Counted from the stretch's first letter, positions 19,094-28,480 are shown. The stretch is 32,000 bases of DNA from Nitrosococcus oceani ATCC 19707 (GCF_000012805.1 NC_007484.1:3420001-3452000), one strand, 5' to 3'. The notes: generated from the letters alone by a model not told the origin. Numbers and translations: made by a program.

Positions 19094-19130
19094 TTTATTA
19101 CCTAGCTAGAAAGCCTAGCTAGGTAATAAA
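19094..19130. repeat. perfect 16-bp inverted repeat between the convergent DUF2909 and coxC genes
   Basis: TTTATTACCTAGCTAG (19094-19109), loop AAAGC, CTAGCTAGGTAATAAA (19115-19130). There are no mismatches. Confidence 0.9.
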
Positions 19131-19169
19131 CAAATCAGAACAAGCTCACATTTACCGAGCAAGCAACTC

Positions 19170-20036
19170 CTACAACCAGTAAACAAATATGAAAAGGCCA
19201 AGCCATACCACATCAACAAAATGCCAGTACCAAGCAACGCCTTCAAAAGCAAAATGATGTTTAGGTGTAAAATGACCCGCTAAACTGCGGAAAAGAACAA
19301 CAAGCAGCATGATAGAGCCAACGGTCACATGGAAACCATGAAAACCAGTTAGCATGTAAAATAATGAACCATAAATTCCAGAACTAAACCTCAAATTCAG
19401 CTCATCCATCGCATGACCGTATTCATAAATCTGCAGTCCAACGAAGGTGAAGCCCAAAGCAACGGTAAGAAATAATCCAATGATTAGTTGCTGCCGATTA
19501 TCTTTCTTAAGCCCCCAATGGGCCCAAGTAACTGTGACGCCACTGGTAAGCAGAATCAGGGTATTAATCGCTGGAATGCCCCAGGCCGCCATGGTCTCGA
19601 ATTCGCCGCCAACGCTTTGGGGCCCATTGGTCGGCCAAACTTCGGTAAACTCTGGCCATAGGAAAGTATGAGCAACACCTTTAGCCCCTTCCCCTAAAAG
19701 CCAGGGTAGCGTTAAATCACGAGTGTAATAAAGCGCACCAAAGAAAGCAGCAAAGAAAAATATCTCCGAGATAATAAACCAGATCATGCCCCAACGGAAG
19801 GAGCGATCGACCTGCTCGTTATAAAGACCGGCTTCGCTCTCGCGGATAACCTCCCTGAACCAGCCGTACATCATGAAAAACAAAACCCCTATAGCAGCGA
19901 TCAGGAGATATTTACCTATTTCAACTCCATTAAGATAGGCAGTGAAACTTGCCGCCATGCTAAAAAGCGCGAATGAAGCAATTAGCGGCCAGTAACTAGG
20001 TTGAGGTTGGTAATACTCCCCATGTGCATGAGCCAT
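19170..20036 (-). CDS. coxC: cytochrome c oxidase subunit III
   Basis: MAHAHGEYYQPQPSYWP...HFVDVVWLGLFIFVYWL. The start is taken at the ATG 8 nt downstream of GGAGG (the fourth codon of the track ORF). Confidence 0.93.
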   Translation of the reverse strand: MAHAHGEYYQPQPSYWPLIASFALFSMAASFTAYLNGVEIGKYLLIAAIGVLFFMMYGWFREVIRESEAGLYNEQVDRSFRWGMIWFIISEIFFFAAFFGALYYTRDLTLPWLLGEGAKGVAHTFLWPEFTEVWPTNGPQSVGGEFETMAAWGIPAINTLILLTSGVTVTWAHWGLKKDNRQQLIIGLFLTVALGFTFVGLQIYEYGHAMDELNLRFSSGIYGSLFYMLTGFHGFHVTVGSIMLLVVLFRSLAGHFTPKHHFAFEGVAWYWHFVDVVWLGLFIFVYWL

Positions 20037-20113
20037 AAGATACATCCTCCCGCATTATTTTAATCGTAGTAATACTGTTGTTGTCGTCGTTTAAACTAAT
20101 AATATTTAATTCG

Positions 20114-20683
20114 CTACCCAGAAGGTGTTGCTATCTGGGTGCTCGCCCTATCGCTCACATCAAAGAACGTGTAGGACAAGGTCATCTCAGAATAGTTTTG
20201 TGGCAACTTAGGATCGACAAAAAAGACTACCGGCATTTCCCGCGTCTCACCTGCCTGAAGCGTTTGTTCAGTGAAACAGAAACATTCGGTCTTGTGTAAA
20301 TGCTTGGCCGCCAGCCCCGGACTCACGCTGGGTATCGCCTGACCAATAACGGAATGATCATTCAGATTACTTGCATAATAGGTAACCTTGGCTACCTCGC
20401 CGGGATGAACGCGAATTTCCTGCACTTCCGGTTTAAACTCCCAGGAAAGCTGACTATTCACGCTTGCCAGAAATTGAACAGTAATTGTTCGGCTGGTATC
20501 TATAGCTCCTGCTTCTGAAACCGACACTGCTACGTTTTCTGGCTTGCCATTTAGGCCCGCAATTTCGCAAATTACATCGTAGAGAGGCACCATGGCATAA
20601 CCAAACCCGAACATCGCTACCACCATTAGGGCCAATTTTGCTACTAACCTGTGATTAGTAGCCTCTCTTTCAGTCGTATTCAT
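20114..20683 (-). CDS. ctaG: cytochrome c oxidase assembly protein Cox11/CtaG
   Basis: MNTTEREATNHRLVAKLALMVVAMFGFGYAMVPLYDVICEIAGLNG plus the copper-binding CFCF motif (TECFCFTEQ). The start is taken at an internal ATG (20683) rather than the track start at 20746. Confidence 0.9.
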   Translation of the reverse strand: MNTTEREATNHRLVAKLALMVVAMFGFGYAMVPLYDVICEIAGLNGKPENVAVSVSEAGAIDTSRTITVQFLASVNSQLSWEFKPEVQEIRVHPGEVAKVTYYASNLNDHSVIGQAIPSVSPGLAAKHLHKTECFCFTEQTLQAGETREMPVVFFVDPKLPQNYSEMTLSYTFFDVSDRASTQIATPSG

Positions 20684-20814
20684 CTTATCGCATTCAGATA
20701 TATGAATAATATATAAATAGCCAATGCTATACCCGCAATCAACCATGCCATACGCCGGGCTTTCGCCCGGCGACGGTCGTTATCAGAGGGGTTAGATCCA
20801 AGTCGATCAGTCAT
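20680..20814 (-). CDS. candidate 44-aa single-pass membrane protein between coxA and cox11 (possible small oxidase assembly protein)
   Basis: Hand translation gives MTDRLGSNPSDNDRRRAKARRMAWLIAGIALAIYILFIYLNAIR. This is an Arg/Lys-rich N-terminus followed by one hydrophobic helix. Its TGA overlaps the cox11 ATG (ATGA). It fills an otherwise empty 170-nt gap and falls below the 60-aa cutoff of the supplied track. The SD is weak (AAGGA about 14 nt upstream). Confidence 0.4.
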   Translation of the reverse strand: MTDRLGSNPSDNDRRRAKARRMAWLIAGIALAIYILFIYLNAIR

Positions 20815-20856
20815 AGCTTAAAAAAGTCCTTGAAGCACCACCGCCTCTTATAATAA

Positions 20857-22455
20857 TTAATGGGGATTATTCTCCGCCGTGACTTGGGGTGGAGTTGTGA
20901 AACTATGGTAAGGGGGCGGAGAGCTAAGTGTCCACTCTAAACCCTTTGCGCCTTCCCATACCTGGTCGGTAGCTTTTTCCACACCTGCGCCACCACGAAT
21001 AGCCTTAATAATCACATATACAAAGATCAACTGAGAGAAACCGAAAATGAAAGCACCTATGGTGGAAATCGCATTGAATTCAGCGAACTGAATGGCGTAG
21101 TCAGGAATTCGCCGCGGCATGCCCGCCAAGCCAAGGAAATTCTGCGGAAAGAAAACGATATTCATTGAAATTACGGACAGCCAGAAATGCCATTTCCCTA
21201 GACGCGCGTCATACCAATTACCAGTCCATTTAGGTAGCCAGTAGTAAACAGCAGCATAGGTACCAAATAGCGTCACCGGCAGAAATACATAGTGGAAGTG
21301 GGAAACAATAAAATAGGTATCATGGTACTGAAAATCCGCCGCGGCTACGCCCATCATAAGGCCAGTCAGGCCGCCAATAGTAAATAAAGCGATGAAGGCC
21401 ATAGACCACAGCATGGGCAACTCAAAAGTCATGGAACCCCGCCACATGGTGGTAAGCCAATTAAAAATTTTGATCCCAGTGGGAACGGAAATCAGGACGG
21501 TTGCATACATAAAGTACAACTCTCCTGAAAGCGGCATGCCGACGGTAAACATGTGATGCGCCCACACGATGAAGGAGAGGAAGGCAATCGAAGCTAAAGC
21601 GTAGACCATGGAGTGATAGCCAAATATTGGCTTACGGGCAAAAGTCGGAATAATATCCGATATCACCCCGAAAATAGGTAAAACCATAATATAGACTTCG
21701 GGATGGCCAAAAAACCAGAAAATGTGCTGGTACATCACCGGGTCACCGCCGCCAGCCGCATTAAAGAAACTGGTGCCAAAATGACGGTCGGTAAGCTCCA
21801 TGGTCACGGCGCCCGCAAGTACCGGAGCCACCGCAACCAGCAAAAAGGCAGTGATCAACCATCCCCAGACGAACATAGGCATTTTCATCAGACCCATGCC
21901 AGGTGCTCGCATGTTTAGGACGGTAACAATAATATTGATCGACGCCAATATGGAAGAAAGTCCCAGAAGATGGACAGAAAAGATGGTCATATCAATGCCA
22001 ACCCCGCCCTGGATAAACAAGGGTGGGTACATGGTCCATCCCCCAGCCGCTGCTCCGCCCGGCACCAGCAAACTGCTAAGAAGCAAAAGCATGGCAAAGG
22101 GTAAGAGCCAGAAGCTCCAGTTATTTAACCGCGGCAAAGCCATATCAGGCGCGCCAATCATAAGCGGTATTTGCCAGTTAGCTAAACCCGCTAGAACGGG
22201 CATCATCGCGCCAAAGATCATGACTAACCCATGCAGGGTCACCAACTCATTAAATCTTTGGGGATCTAGAATTTGTAATCCAGGCGCAAAAAGTTCGGTA
22301 CGGAATGTCAGCGCCATCGCGCCGCCAACAAAAAACATAGTAAGGCTAAAAAACAGGTATAAGGTACCAATATCCTTATGGTTGGTGGTTGTCAACCAGC
22401 GCATGATGCCGGTAGGGTGATGCGCGTGATCACCGTGTGCTGCTACTGTGCTCAT
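20857..22455 (-). CDS. coxA: cytochrome c oxidase subunit I
   Basis: 532 aa with heme-copper oxidase signatures: GHPEVYIMVLPIFG, WAHHMFTVG and SHFHYVF. Confidence 0.97.
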   Translation of the reverse strand: MSTVAAHGDHAHHPTGIMRWLTTTNHKDIGTLYLFFSLTMFFVGGAMALTFRTELFAPGLQILDPQRFNELVTLHGLVMIFGAMMPVLAGLANWQIPLMIGAPDMALPRLNNWSFWLLPFAMLLLLSSLLVPGGAAAGGWTMYPPLFIQGGVGIDMTIFSVHLLGLSSILASINIIVTVLNMRAPGMGLMKMPMFVWGWLITAFLLVAVAPVLAGAVTMELTDRHFGTSFFNAAGGGDPVMYQHIFWFFGHPEVYIMVLPIFGVISDIIPTFARKPIFGYHSMVYALASIAFLSFIVWAHHMFTVGMPLSGELYFMYATVLISVPTGIKIFNWLTTMWRGSMTFELPMLWSMAFIALFTIGGLTGLMMGVAAADFQYHDTYFIVSHFHYVFLPVTLFGTYAAVYYWLPKWTGNWYDARLGKWHFWLSVISMNIVFFPQNFLGLAGMPRRIPDYAIQFAEFNAISTIGAFIFGFSQLIFVYVIIKAIRGGAGVEKATDQVWEGAKGLEWTLSSPPPYHSFTTPPQVTAENNPH

Positions 22456-22604
22456 GGATTTCTCCTACGAAATTAACCTATGATTTAAAAACAACTCTCT
22501 AGCACTTGATTTCTCCTCGCCGACTTCCTTCTCCAGATAGACACCATCAATAGGATGAGAAAACTAGCTTGGAGCCTCCCTTTAGAACATAAAAGTGCTT
22601 TTGG

Positions 22605-23450
22605 CTAGTGTGCCTCTGCTTGAGCCGATTGAATGACGGCATTCGCCCCCTCCCCGGACTGTGCGGCTTTGCTTTCAGCCATCCATTTATCAAATTCTTC
22701 CGGAGTTTTGGCTTCCACAACGATAGGCATATAGCCATGCCCCCGGCCGCAAAGCTCTGCACATTGTCCCCGGTAAATACCGGGTTCTTGTATAACCGCC
22801 CATGCCTCGTTAATAAAGCCTGGAATCGCATCTTGCTTGAAACCAAAGGCAGGCACCCAGAAAGCATGATTGACATCATCGGCGGTAATAACGAAACGCA
22901 CTTTCTTATCGGTTGGGAGCACCAATGGATTATCCACCTCAAGCAAATAATGCTCACCTTTGGGGGCTTTATTTACTATCTGATCAAAAGGAGTAGACAG
23001 GCTGCTCGTGAAACCAAAGTCATGGTCCACATACTCATAGTGCCACCGCCATTGATAACCCGTCACCTTTATTGTGAGGTCAGAAGCAGAGCTATCGTAG
23101 ATGCGAACCATGGCGGAAGTAGCAGGTACCGCGACAGCAATGAGGATTAAAAGTGGAATAACCGTCCATGTTACTTCGAGAGTAAGGTTCTCGTGGAACT
23201 GACTGGCTACCGCGCCCTTGGATTTACGGTGATGGTAAATAGACCACGCCATGATGCCGTACACCAAAATACCGACACCCACGCAAATCCAGAAAATAAG
23301 CATGTGAAGATCGTATATCTCCTCTGAGGTAGGGGTAACTCCCCTCGTCAAATTCAAACCTAGCTCGGCACAGGCATTCCCACTCACTAGGAATAAACCA
23401 GTACCTCCTATAATTGTTGCGAATAAGCTTTGTCTATTAAATACGCCCAT
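22605..23450 (-). CDS. coxB: cytochrome c oxidase subunit II (no fused cytochrome c domain)
   Basis: 281 aa. Signal/TM segments and the CuA site (HAFWVP...CAELCGRGHGYM). Confidence 0.95.
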   Translation of the reverse strand: MGVFNRQSLFATIIGGTGLFLVSGNACAELGLNLTRGVTPTSEEIYDLHMLIFWICVGVGILVYGIMAWSIYHHRKSKGAVASQFHENLTLEVTWTVIPLLILIAVAVPATSAMVRIYDSSASDLTIKVTGYQWRWHYEYVDHDFGFTSSLSTPFDQIVNKAPKGEHYLLEVDNPLVLPTDKKVRFVITADDVNHAFWVPAFGFKQDAIPGFINEAWAVIQEPGIYRGQCAELCGRGHGYMPIVVEAKTPEEFDKWMAESKAAQSGEGANAVIQSAQAEAH

Positions 23451-23569
23451 CCATCTCCCCTCCGGCTATCAAATTAATGTCATTGTATTAAACGACGGCG
23501 TAATAAAGTATATATAACATACATCTTTTCTATGTGCCAGCATGGCAATTGATTTATATTCATCATCAT

Positions 23570-24046
23570 TTAGGCGCCACAAACCGCCTGCAACTCCTTG
23601 GCTAAACGGAGACGCTCCTCCTCGCTCAGGAAAACGCCAATTTCTACTTCGTGCCCGTGAGAACCTATTATTAAGCGGCTCATATGCCACGCATAGGGTG
23701 GAAGCTCAATTCTAACCCGAGCCCAATAGCGATGAAACTTCCATGTTTCACCCGTCGTTTCGCGGCCACGAAAAATTTCAATCTCCTCCTGACCGATGGT
23801 AATGATTTCACAGTGTTGAGCACGGCGCGCAGACAGATAAAATGCGATTCCCAAAATGAGCAGTTCTAGCCCAGCAAACGGAAAAATCAACCATAGACCT
23901 AAAAGACTAAACCCTCCGGCTATTATGACGAGAACTAGTGTCATAGCAAAAAAAACTGCCTTCATTCCTCTCCAGCTCAAAGAGCTATTGGGTCGAAGGA
24001 TAAACCGAAGCGTATCTTCCGAAGGTCCATACCGCTTGCAAACCAT
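23570..24046 (-). CDS. DUF2244-like integral membrane protein associated with cox clusters
   Basis: 158 aa. Two adjacent TM helices (AVFFAMTLVLVIIAGGFSLLGLWLIFPFAGLELLILGIAFYL) followed by a soluble C-terminal domain. It lies directly upstream of coxB on the same strand. Confidence 0.65.
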   Translation of the reverse strand: MVCKRYGPSEDTLRFILRPNSSLSWRGMKAVFFAMTLVLVIIAGGFSLLGLWLIFPFAGLELLILGIAFYLSARRAQHCEIITIGQEEIEIFRGRETTGETWKFHRYWARVRIELPPYAWHMSRLIIGSHGHEVEIGVFLSEEERLRLAKELQAVCGA

Positions 24047-24273
24047 GCTGCACCTTTTAAATCCACTAAATTCTGTAGGCTACGCGTGTAAAAACGACGC
24101 CGAACCGAACCCTTAGAGCGTCTTAAAAGCCCAAGAGCGAGCCCTAATTTCTTTATTAAACTCTAAAATTTTTAAAGGTATTTAAGAATTATGGGTAAAG
24201 CAGCCGCTTTGTAGGAAAGATTAATCCCCCCTCTCTAAATTAGATCTTTCAAGAGCATGATGGCTCTCTAGTT

Positions 24274-24615
24274 CTATCTTCCTGTCTTCCAAGGTAAGGT
24301 AAGACCTGTTTGGCTAGCATAATAGGCAGCCAAATCCTCTTTATCTTGTTCGGAAAGCGAGGCGGCCATCGGCTGCATAACAGGATCCGTTCTATCGCCA
24401 ACCTGATAAGCAGTCAAGGCGTGGACCAGATAACCAGCATATTGCCCTGCCAACTTAGGAAATTGTGGCGCGGGACTATTGCCGTCCGGTCCATGGCAAG
24501 CAGCACAAGCTTGAGATTTTTGCTTTCCCGCTGCTGGATCACCTGCTGCTAGAACGGAACCAGAAACGAGAACCGCAAATACCGGAGCAAGTAAAAATAA
24601 CCACCATCTCAGCAT
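24274..24615 (-). CDS. monoheme class I cytochrome c (periplasmic)
   Basis: 113 aa. Signal peptide, one CAACH heme motif and a downstream Met ligand region (PVMQPMA). A GAGGAGG SD is present. Confidence 0.85.
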   Translation of the reverse strand: MLRWWLFLLAPVFAVLVSGSVLAAGDPAAGKQKSQACAACHGPDGNSPAPQFPKLAGQYAGYLVHALTAYQVGDRTDPVMQPMAASLSEQDKEDLAAYYASQTGLTLPWKTGR

Positions 24616-24660
24616 CGAAAATCCTCCTCGATCATAATTTATTAGCTTAATTCACTATTT

Positions 24661-24981
24661 TTATTGAGCGGAAAGAAAAGCGGCTATATCAGCCATATCC
24701 TGCTCGCTCAAGCTATCTGCGGAATTTTGCATGGGGGGATGGTTCCTGGCACCGGATTTATAGGCTTTGAGGGCAGAAACAAGATACGCTGCATGTTGTC
24801 CGCCTAATTTTGGCACCGGATAGGCCGGATAGGCATTGCGCCAACCAGAAATACCATGGCAACCCGCGCAGAGTTCCGCTTTCTTCCGACCCGCTTCGGG
24901 GTCACCTTCCGCATGCACGGTTAAACTAGCCAGCAAAAACACGCTGGCGCCCATAGAAATAAAAAAATTTTTCTTACCCAT
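24661..24981 (-). CDS. monoheme class I cytochrome c (periplasmic)
   Basis: 106 aa. Signal peptide, one CAGCH heme motif and a downstream Met region (PPMQNSA). It is a paralogue of the adjacent gene. Confidence 0.85.
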   Translation of the reverse strand: MGKKNFFISMGASVFLLASLTVHAEGDPEAGRKKAELCAGCHGISGWRNAYPAYPVPKLGGQHAAYLVSALKAYKSGARNHPPMQNSADSLSEQDMADIAAFLSAQ

Positions 24982-25308
24982 TTTTTATGATTACTCCCGA
25001 TTACTCCCTAAGTGGAAATGGTAAGTACTAATTTATCGACTCTCTTAGTATTTATCCCCTAGTGCTCAAATATCCTCCGTCAATTGCCAGGGAACTAGCG
25101 CTGACAAACCGTTATTATGTGATTAGCAATCAGAATAGCTCATCTGGTTAACCTATATTTTATATATCTCTTAATAGCTACAACGCAAGAGTACAGATTA
25201 ATTTTGATCAATAGAGTAGAATTTTTTGGTGCCAGACTGGACAGCACGGTATATTAAGTTGGGATATAACCATACACGCAACCTACTTAACAGGCAATAA
25301 CGTAAATA

Positions 25309-25521
25309 ATGCAAGACAAAAATACCCGCTCAAGCTTTCTCGGTATATTTAAGAGCATCTTTACCGCACTCATTGGGCTCCAGAGCAGCCGCATGCATGA
25401 ACGTAACGTTACTCAGGGCCAGCCAACCCTCTATATTTTTACCAGTATCGTAGTGCTTGCCTTTATTATCTTGGCTTTAGTAGGGCTAGTCCAATTAATT
25501 CTGCGCTTAACCGGCGCTTAG
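25309..25521 (+). CDS. small membrane protein, DUF2970-like
   Basis: 70 aa. The pattern FLGIFKSIFTALIGLQSS...E followed by one C-terminal TM helix fits my recollection of DUF2970. Confidence 0.6.
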   Translation: MQDKNTRSSFLGIFKSIFTALIGLQSSRMHERNVTQGQPTLYIFTSIVVLAFIILALVGLVQLILRLTGA

Positions 25522-25657
25522 GACTCTATTTTAGAACGCTAGTGGCCACGATTAATGCCTTGCAGACAGGCAGAGAGGAATAAATTCAGGTAATATCTGC
25601 CATTCTGCCTTAAAGAAGCACTCAACAGCCTTGCAGACATTTAGATCGCAAAAAGTT

Positions 25658-26251
25658 ATGTCGAATTATACCGCTACCGTCTACCGCGAAACGTTAGAAA
25701 CCCGCGTCGAAGTTGATCTCAATCTAAGCGGAGAAGGGCATTTTACCGCCGAAACAGGCTTACCTTTTCTTGAGCACATGCTTGCTCAAGTAGCCCGGCA
25801 TGGATTACTCGATCTCACGGTAAAAGCATCCGGCGATTTGCATATCGATGCTCACCATACCGTTGAAGATATTGGCATTACCCTGGGGCAAGCCTTACAA
25901 CAAGCCTTGGGCGATAAAACGGGGCTTCAACGCTATGGTTATGCCTATGTCCCCTTGGATGAAGCGCTTTCCAGAGTGGTGCTAGATCTTTCCGGAAGAC
26001 CTAGCCTGCACTATCGGGTGAACTATCCCCGGGCCCGTATTGGTGATTTTGATGTCGATCTTTTCCAAGAGTTTTTTCAAGGCCTGGTCAACCACGCCGC
26101 CATGACTTTGCATATTGATAACCTGCATGGGCGTAATGCCCATCATATCGCCGAGACCATATTCAAAGCTTTTGGCCGCGCCTTACGGGTTGCCGTGGAG
26201 TACGATCCACGCCGAAAAGGGCAACTAGCTTCTACCAAGGGAATGTTATAA
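25658..26251 (+). CDS. hisB: imidazoleglycerol-phosphate dehydratase
   Basis: [27 protein letters not shown]...[15 protein letters not shown]...[15 protein letters not shown]. The ATG at 25658 is preferred over the upstream TTG of the track ORF. Confidence 0.95.
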   Translation: MSNYTATVYRETLETRVEVDLNLSGEGHFTAETGLPFLEHMLAQVARHGLLDLTVKASGDLHIDAHHTVEDIGITLGQALQQALGDKTGLQRYGYAYVPLDEALSRVVLDLSGRPSLHYRVNYPRARIGDFDVDLFQEFFQGLVNHAAMTLHIDNLHGRNAHHIAETIFKAFGRALRVAVEYDPRRKGQLASTKGML

Positions 26252-26268
26252 CTTTAGGACTTAAACTC

Positions 26269-26898
26269 ATGTCCAGCGTAGCGGTGATTGATTACGGGAT
26301 GGGCAACCTCCGCTCAGTATCTAAAGCATTAGAACAAGTGGCGGGTAAAGTTCGAATAGATGTCACCAGTAATCCCCAGCGGATTCGCGCAGCTGACCGG
26401 GTAGTTTTTCCCGGCGTAGGCGCTATTCGTGATTGTATGCATGAACTACGGCGCCTAAATCTGGATATCGTAGTGGCCCAATGCGCTGCTGATCGGCCCT
26501 TTTTAGGTATTTGCCTGGGTCTGCAAGCCTTGCTTGAACTTAGCGAAGAAAATCACGGCGTTCCCTGCCTTGGTATACTGCCAGGCCGGGTACAGCGCTT
26601 TGATGCCGTCAAAGCAGACTTGAAGGTACCCCACATGGGATGGAACCAAGCCCACCAAGTCCGCGCGCACCCCCTATGGAACGCCATTCCCCAGAACTGT
26701 CGTTTCTATTTCGTCCATAGCTACTATACAGTACCCGATGAAACATCCCTAGTTGCTAGTCGCACGGATTATTCCACTTCTTTTGCCTCGGCGTTAGCAC
26801 GAGACAATATTTTTGCAGTCCAATTCCACCCCGAAAAGAGCCACACATTTGGACTACAATTACTCGCCAACTTCCTCACCTGGAATGGAGTGAGTTAA
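26269..26898 (+). CDS. hisH: imidazole glycerol phosphate synthase, glutamine amidotransferase subunit
   Basis: [14 protein letters not shown], catalytic Cys in [11 protein letters not shown], and VQFHPEKS. Confidence 0.95.
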   Translation: MSSVAVIDYGMGNLRSVSKALEQVAGKVRIDVTSNPQRIRAADRVVFPGVGAIRDCMHELRRLNLDIVVAQCAADRPFLGICLGLQALLELSEENHGVPCLGILPGRVQRFDAVKADLKVPHMGWNQAHQVRAHPLWNAIPQNCRFYFVHSYYTVPDETSLVASRTDYSTSFASALARDNIFAVQFHPEKSHTFGLQLLANFLTWNGVS

Positions 26899-26953
26899 AG
26901 CGCTACTAACTGCAATTCGCACCCTATGGCTTGTAAACTGGAAGGAAATCACC

Positions 26954-27703
26954 ATGCTATTAATACCTGCCATTGATCTCAAGGGGGGAAAATGCGTTCG
27001 CCTGCGTCAAGGGCGCATGGAAGACGATACCGTATTTTCTGATGATCCAGTCGCCGTGGCCTTACATTGGGCAGAAGCCGGTGCAAAACGGCTTCACTTA
27101 GTTGACCTAGACGGAGCGTTCGCGGGACAACCGGTTAATGCTGATATCATTTATCATATTGCCCAAGCATTACCTGATATGGATATTCAGGTAGGAGGAG
27201 GCATTCGCGATAGCGATACTATCCAGACCTACTTGGATGCGGGAGTTCGCTATGCCATCATCGGCACCAAGGCCATCAATGCGCCCCATTTCGTCGCTGA
27301 TGCTTGTTTGGAGTTTCCAGGCCATATTCTCCTTGGCCTGGATGCACGAGAGGGCAAAATTGCGATTAACGGGTGGTCCAAACTCTCCCGGCATAATTTA
27401 ATCGATATTGCTCAACGCTTTGAAAAAGATGGAGTTGAGGCCATTATTTACACTGATATTCAGCGCGATGGCATGATGAAGGGAGTCAACATTGAGGCCA
27501 CTAGCGAGCTGGCCAAAGCGATTAATATTCCTGTCATTGCTTCGGGCGGTGTTTCCTCGCTAACAGAGATAGAAGCTCTATGCCAACATGAACAAGATGG
27601 CATTGGAGGAGCGATCATTGGCCGGGCTCTCTATGAGGAGAAAATCCAGCTTGCTGAAGCCCTCGCCATAGCCAAACGCCTCTCTGGGGAGTCAACAGCG
27701 TAA
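26954..27703 (+). CDS. hisA: ProFAR isomerase
   Basis: [20 protein letters not shown]...VQVGGGIR...IASGGVSS. Conserved his-operon order. Confidence 0.95.
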
Positions 27704-27704
27704 C

Positions 27705-28478
27705 ATGAGTCTAGCCAAACGCATCATTCCTTGCCTTGACGTGGCCAATGGCCGGGTAGTGAAGGGAGTTCGTTTCGTCAATATCCGTGATGCGGGCGAT
27801 CCGGTAGAGATCGCCCGCCGTTATGATGAGCAGGGCGCGGATGAAATTACTTTTCTAGATATTACCGCCAGCAGCGATAACCGGGACACGATGGTGCATG
27901 TGGTTGAGGAGGTTGCTGCCCAAGTATTTATCCCGCTTACTGTAGGCGGGGGTATCCGGTATCTTGAAGATATCCGGCGCCTACTAATCGCTGGTGCCGA
28001 TAAAGTGGGCATAAATACAGCTGCCGTCCAACGACCCGAATTAGTCCGCGAGGCAGCGGAACGCTTTGGCTCCCAGTGTATTGTGGTTGCCATTGATGCT
28101 AAACAGGTTTCTTCTGCTGATGAGCCGCCGCAATGGGAAGTCTTTACTCATGGCGGCCGTAAAGAAACGGGACTGGATGCGGTAGCCTGGGCTCGTCAGA
28201 TGGTTGAGTTTGGAGCTGGAGAGATTCTACTGACTAGCATGGACCGGGACGGGACCCGAGAAGGCTTTGACCTTCCACTCACCCGTACCATCAGCGAAGC
28301 CATCCCAGTACCGGTGATCGCCTCGGGCGGGGTAGGTACCCTGGAGCATCTCGTGGCAGGGATTTTAGAAGGGAAAGCAGACGCAGTTCTAGCTGCTAGC
28401 ATCTTTCACTTCGGAGAATATACTATTGCGGAAGCCAAGGAGCATTTATCCGCTCATGGCATTGAAATGAGGCAATAA
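27705..28478 (+). CDS. hisF: imidazole glycerol phosphate synthase, cyclase subunit
   Basis: [33 protein letters not shown]...LTVGGGIR...IASGGVG. Confidence 0.97.
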
Positions 28479-28480
28479 CG

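Noticed and set aside
20684-20746. Longer cox11 start (MVDCGYSIGYLYIIHISECDK...)
   Set aside because: The extension is not Cox11-like and overlaps the candidate 44-aa ORF in another frame. The internal ATG gives a typical Cox11 N-terminus.
22485-22547. 20-codon minus-strand ORF (MVSIWRRKSARRNQVLESCF) in the coxB-coxA spacer
   Set aside because: It has no SD, no hydrophobic segment and no coupling to neighbouring genes. It is indistinguishable from a random ORF.
21703-23150. Long antisense or alternative-frame ORFs within coxA and coxB (21800-22420(+), 22547-22957(-), 22608-23150(+))
   Set aside because: They are fully embedded in highly conserved oxidase subunit genes. Long shadow ORFs are expected there, and none has recognisable motifs.
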